Shown in pieces: positions 57,784 to 60,173 of a stretch of 60,173 nt of DNA. The stretch covers positions 1 through 60,173 of the forward strand of contig DJIL01000012.1 of NCBI GenBank assembly GCA_002433595.1, in the 5' to 3' direction. Each line of letters opens with the position of its first letter. The stretch's first letter is position 1. Position numbers and translations under genes: made by a program. Under the pieces are notes generated by a model that was not told the origin of the DNA, made no database searches, and worked only from the letters and a program-made list of their open reading frames with translations. Origin of the DNA: a bacterium UBP8_UBA6595. GTDB taxonomy: Bacteria; Margulisbacteria; Marinamargulisbacteria; UBA6595.

Positions 57784-58737
57784 ATGTGGTTTGATTCGCC
57801 GGATAATCCGGCTAATGGGCTGCCCTTGGTGGCGTTGGGGTGGGATTTAACCACTAGCTTTCGGCCGGGCACCGCGATGGCGCCGGCCTATATGCAGGCG
57901 GTATCGCATCAAGTGGATGTGCAACATCCATGGTTTGGACGTGCGGTCGTGGATCGGGGCATTCAATCGGTACCCACACCCGAGTTGCTGACCCAGTATC
58001 AAGCCCTGTATGCATCAGTTGCGCGCACGTACCGATCCGAATGGGATGCCACGGGAGTGGTGTCGGCGTCTGTTAACGATTTAAATGCGGCAGGAGCTTC
58101 TGTGCATGAAGCAATTGCAAAGACTGTTTCTCAGCACTACACGACGTGCATAGGGGTTGTGGGCGGTGAACATAGTATTACATCCGGCGTTGTAGCGGGT
58201 ATTGCACAGCATCGGGCGCAGTTTGGAATTTTACAATTGGACGCGCATATGGATTGTCGTCATAATTATCAGGGATTGAGGTATTCGCATGCTAGTGTGA
58301 TGCGTCGGTGTTCCGCAATGCCTGAAGTAAACGCTGTTGTGCAAGTGGGCATTCGGGATTATTGTTTGGAAGAAGTTGAATTTGCGCAAGGCCAAGGATT
58401 TTATACGTGGTTTGACTGGGATATGCAAGCGGCAGTGTTTGAGGGGCATTCATGGCATGATTTATGTCAGCGCATTATTGAACCCTTGCCAGAATTGGTT
58501 TACATTACTGTGGATGTGGATGGTCTAGATCCTAGCGTTGTTCCGGGTACGGGCACGCCGGTTCCGGGTGGTTTGACCTATCATCAAGCGACGTATTTGA
58601 TTCAGCAAGTGGTGGCGTCGGGACGAAATGTGGTTGGGTTTGATTGTGTTGAAGTTGCTGGAGAGCCAAACAGTACGGGTATTATTAACGCTACACAATT
58701 GTTGTATTTTTTATGTGGGGCTGCATGTCGAAACTAA
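57784..58737 (+). CDS. ureohydrolase (agmatinase/arginase/formiminoglutamase family)
   Basis: The Mn-site motifs GGEHSIT, LDAHMD and VDVDGLDP are present, along with GFDCVEV. Substrate specificity is not determined. Confidence 0.8.
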   Translation: MWFDSPDNPANGLPLVALGWDLTTSFRPGTAMAPAYMQAVSHQVDVQHPWFGRAVVDRGIQSVPTPELLTQYQALYASVARTYRSEWDATGVVSASVNDLNAAGASVHEAIAKTVSQHYTTCIGVVGGEHSITSGVVAGIAQHRAQFGILQLDAHMDCRHNYQGLRYSHASVMRRCSAMPEVNAVVQVGIRDYCLEEVEFAQGQGFYTWFDWDMQAAVFEGHSWHDLCQRIIEPLPELVYITVDVDGLDPSVVPGTGTPVPGGLTYHQATYLIQQVVASGRNVVGFDCVEVAGEPNSTGIINATQLLYFLCGAACRN

Positions 58738-59498
58738 GTGCCTTTCGAAAGTTAGCCATTCACACTTGGTCCTCCCCCAATCAACCCGCTATTTATGCAC
58801 GTTTAGATCTGGATTATACAGCCGTTCGGGAATATTTAGCGCGTAGAAATGCCCAGGGCATTACCGTGAACCATGTTATTACATGGGCCTTGGGGCGTGT
58901 GATGCACCGCTATCCCAATCTGAACCGTCGATTGCATTGTGGGCGTTTGGTTCAGCGAGACCAAGTGGATACATTTTTAACGACGCATTTATCAATGGCC
59001 TATGGGTATGAGTTATCGGGAGTAAGCATTCGAAATATTGCGGATATGACGCTGACAGAGTTGTCGCAAACCGTGCAACAGGCCGTTACCGACTTGAAGT
59101 ATAATGCCAATACCCCCATGCGCCAAACGTATCGGCGACTTCGGTGGGTGCCATCGTTAATTATGCGACCCGTTATTCGGGTGCTTGATTTTGTTGCCAA
59201 TACGCTACGCATGCGAGTACCGGGGTATCCGGTGGATCCGTTTGGGTCATTTATTCTAACGTCATTGGGTTCTTTGGGATTATCCGATGCCTATATTCCC
59301 TTATATCCTACGGCCCGTAACGCGTGCACCATTGCGGTTGGCAAACCGAAGCGCCAAACCAATGGCCAGTTCACAGTGGTGATTAATGCCACCTTGGATC
59401 ATCGGTATGTGGATGGGGCTGATCTAGCCCGGCCGGTTGCGTTTTTAAAGCAAATCATGGCGAATCCAGAGGCGTTTTTTCAAGTGGAGGCGACGTAG
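58725..59498 (+). CDS. stand-alone 2-oxoacid dehydrogenase E2-type acyltransferase catalytic-domain protein
   Basis: The C-terminal ATLDHRYVDGADLARPVAFLKQIMANP is the E2/CAT-like active-site motif. There is no lipoyl or subunit-binding domain. The ATG at 58725 overlaps the upstream gene by 13 nt. Confidence 0.68.
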   Translation: MSKLSAFRKLAIHTWSSPNQPAIYARLDLDYTAVREYLARRNAQGITVNHVITWALGRVMHRYPNLNRRLHCGRLVQRDQVDTFLTTHLSMAYGYELSGVSIRNIADMTLTELSQTVQQAVTDLKYNANTPMRQTYRRLRWVPSLIMRPVIRVLDFVANTLRMRVPGYPVDPFGSFILTSLGSLGLSDAYIPLYPTARNACTIAVGKPKRQTNGQFTVVINATLDHRYVDGADLARPVAFLKQIMANPEAFFQVEAT

Positions 59499-59502
59499 TT
59501 AC

Positions 59503-59928
59503 ATGCTGGACACACAAGCGTATTCCTTGTTTCGGTTGCGCAAGCGGGATCGCATAGTGGGCTATATGCGCTATGTATCGCCCACCATGCACTATTATTC
59601 GACGGATTTATTGTGGTGGGCGGGGGAGGCCATTGCGTATGAACACAAAGATGCGTATAGCACGGTTAAAGACAAAAATAGTCAGTATATTTTTGAGTGG
59701 GATTTAATTAAAATGACCCATAAAACCAGTGGTGATGGCATGGATGCGCTGGTGGTTCATAGTCCGTTTACCAGTGATTGTGTGGCGGTTCAGTGCGAGT
59801 CATTTCAAGAGATTGCCCAATGCGATTGGGGCCAGTATCGCATTCAACGCCATAGCTATTTATTCGTGAACCCCGAATTAATGACCGCATTTAAATACAA
59901 CGGCTACATTCCATTTGATATTGTTTAG
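59503..59928 (+). CDS. hypothetical protein (141 aa), YopX-like by eye
   Basis: FRLRKRDRIVGYM...YSTVKDKNSQYIFEWDLIK resembles the phage-associated YopX pattern (FRAWDK...TGLKDKNGKEIYEGDIV). This is a weak, unverified resemblance. Confidence 0.45.
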   Translation: MLDTQAYSLFRLRKRDRIVGYMRYVSPTMHYYSTDLLWWAGEAIAYEHKDAYSTVKDKNSQYIFEWDLIKMTHKTSGDGMDALVVHSPFTSDCVAVQCESFQEIAQCDWGQYRIQRHSYLFVNPELMTAFKYNGYIPFDIV

Positions 59929-59943
59929 CGTGTGTGTTATAAT
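59915..59943 (+). promoter_or_regulatory. near-consensus sigma70 promoter with extended -10
   Basis: TTGATA (59915-59920), a 17 nt spacer ending in TGT, then TATAAT (59938-59943). It lies 40 nt upstream of the Gly/Ser/Cys-rich ORF. Confidence 0.6.
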
Positions 59944-59983
59944 ATTTTATGTTTTAATATTAAATAGAGAGAGGGAAAAAATA

Positions 59984-60173
59984 ATGAGTGTAGATAATAA
60001 TAGGTCTTTAGGTTTTAAACCAGTCACGAAAGGCTTTATTCAAAGTCAAAAAGATAAGAGTAGAGGTGAAAAAACTAATGATGGTAGCAGCGGCTGCGGA
60101 ACTAGCGGCGGCAACGGAACTAGCGGCGGCAACGTAAGTTGGATTAGCAGCGGCGGCAGCGGCTGCGGAACTA
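59984..60173 (+). CDS. partial ORF (runs off window): Gly/Ser/Cys/Thr/Asn-rich peptide, microcin-B17-like precursor candidate
   Basis: This ORF is not in the track because no stop is reached. A GAGAGGGA SD lies upstream. The product so far is MSVDNNRSLGFKPVTKGFIQSQKDKSRGEKTNDG-SSGCGTSGGNGTSGGNVSWISSGGSGCGT.... It contains an in-frame 18 bp tandem repeat, GGAACTAGCGGCGGCAAC x2 (60098-60133). Confidence 0.55.
   Translation, partial: MSVDNNRSLGFKPVTKGFIQSQKDKSRGEKTNDGSSGCGTSGGNGTSGGNVSWISSGGSGCGT

Noticed and set aside
57645-57872. A 75 aa minus-strand ORF between carB and the ureohydrolase gene.
   Set aside because: It spans the two post-carB hairpins and overlaps the ureohydrolase 5' end. 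It has no SD and no recognisable motif, so it is likely non-coding.

Overview
This 60.2 kb window comes from a compact, moderately AT-rich bacterial chromosome. I cannot place the organism taxonomically from sequence alone. GT9 LPS heptosyltransferases and beta-barrel/lipoprotein-like genes point to a diderm envelope.

Almost all of the window is core metabolism and housekeeping.
- Minus strand, 20-5823: lipA-plsY-gpsA-sugar phosphotransferase-nadD-coaE-dapA, linked by overlapping start/stop codons.
- A djlA-like J-protein, hisH, RNase HIII, and a CPA1 antiporter coupled to phrB.
- An SDR/DUF2867-like protein and ggt.
- A porin-ZnuA-ZnuB-cryptochrome string.
- rplU-rpmA-obg-proB-proA, aceE-aceF-lpdA, an AI-2E transporter and metG.
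- Citrate synthase, an M32 carboxypeptidase, two GT9 heptosyltransferases, tRNA-His, psd, exonuclease-DinG and hisI.
- groES-groEL, GSII-carA-carB and an agmatinase-like gene.

I saw no rRNA, CRISPR array, transposase or integrase.

The most unusual content is as follows.
1. 34157-38045: a translationally coupled operon of three orphan proteins (111, 312 and 599 aa) ending in a stand-alone flagellar rod/hook-family protein. A second rod-family gene with a signal-like N-terminal extension lies nearby at 40956-41774. No other flagellar genes occur anywhere in the window.
2. 59915-60173, cut by the window edge: a strongly promoted Gly/Ser/Cys/Thr-rich peptide gene resembling a microcin-B17-type precursor, next to a YopX-like gene.
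3. 49947-49962: a perfect sigma54 -24/-12 consensus upstream of groESL.
4. A metal-uptake operon with no ATPase gene that ends in a cryptochrome/photolyase gene.
5. Recurrent TGnTATAcT extended -10 boxes 7-12 nt from start codons, implying leaderless mRNAs.

All functional calls rest on reading motifs by eye. No database search was run.
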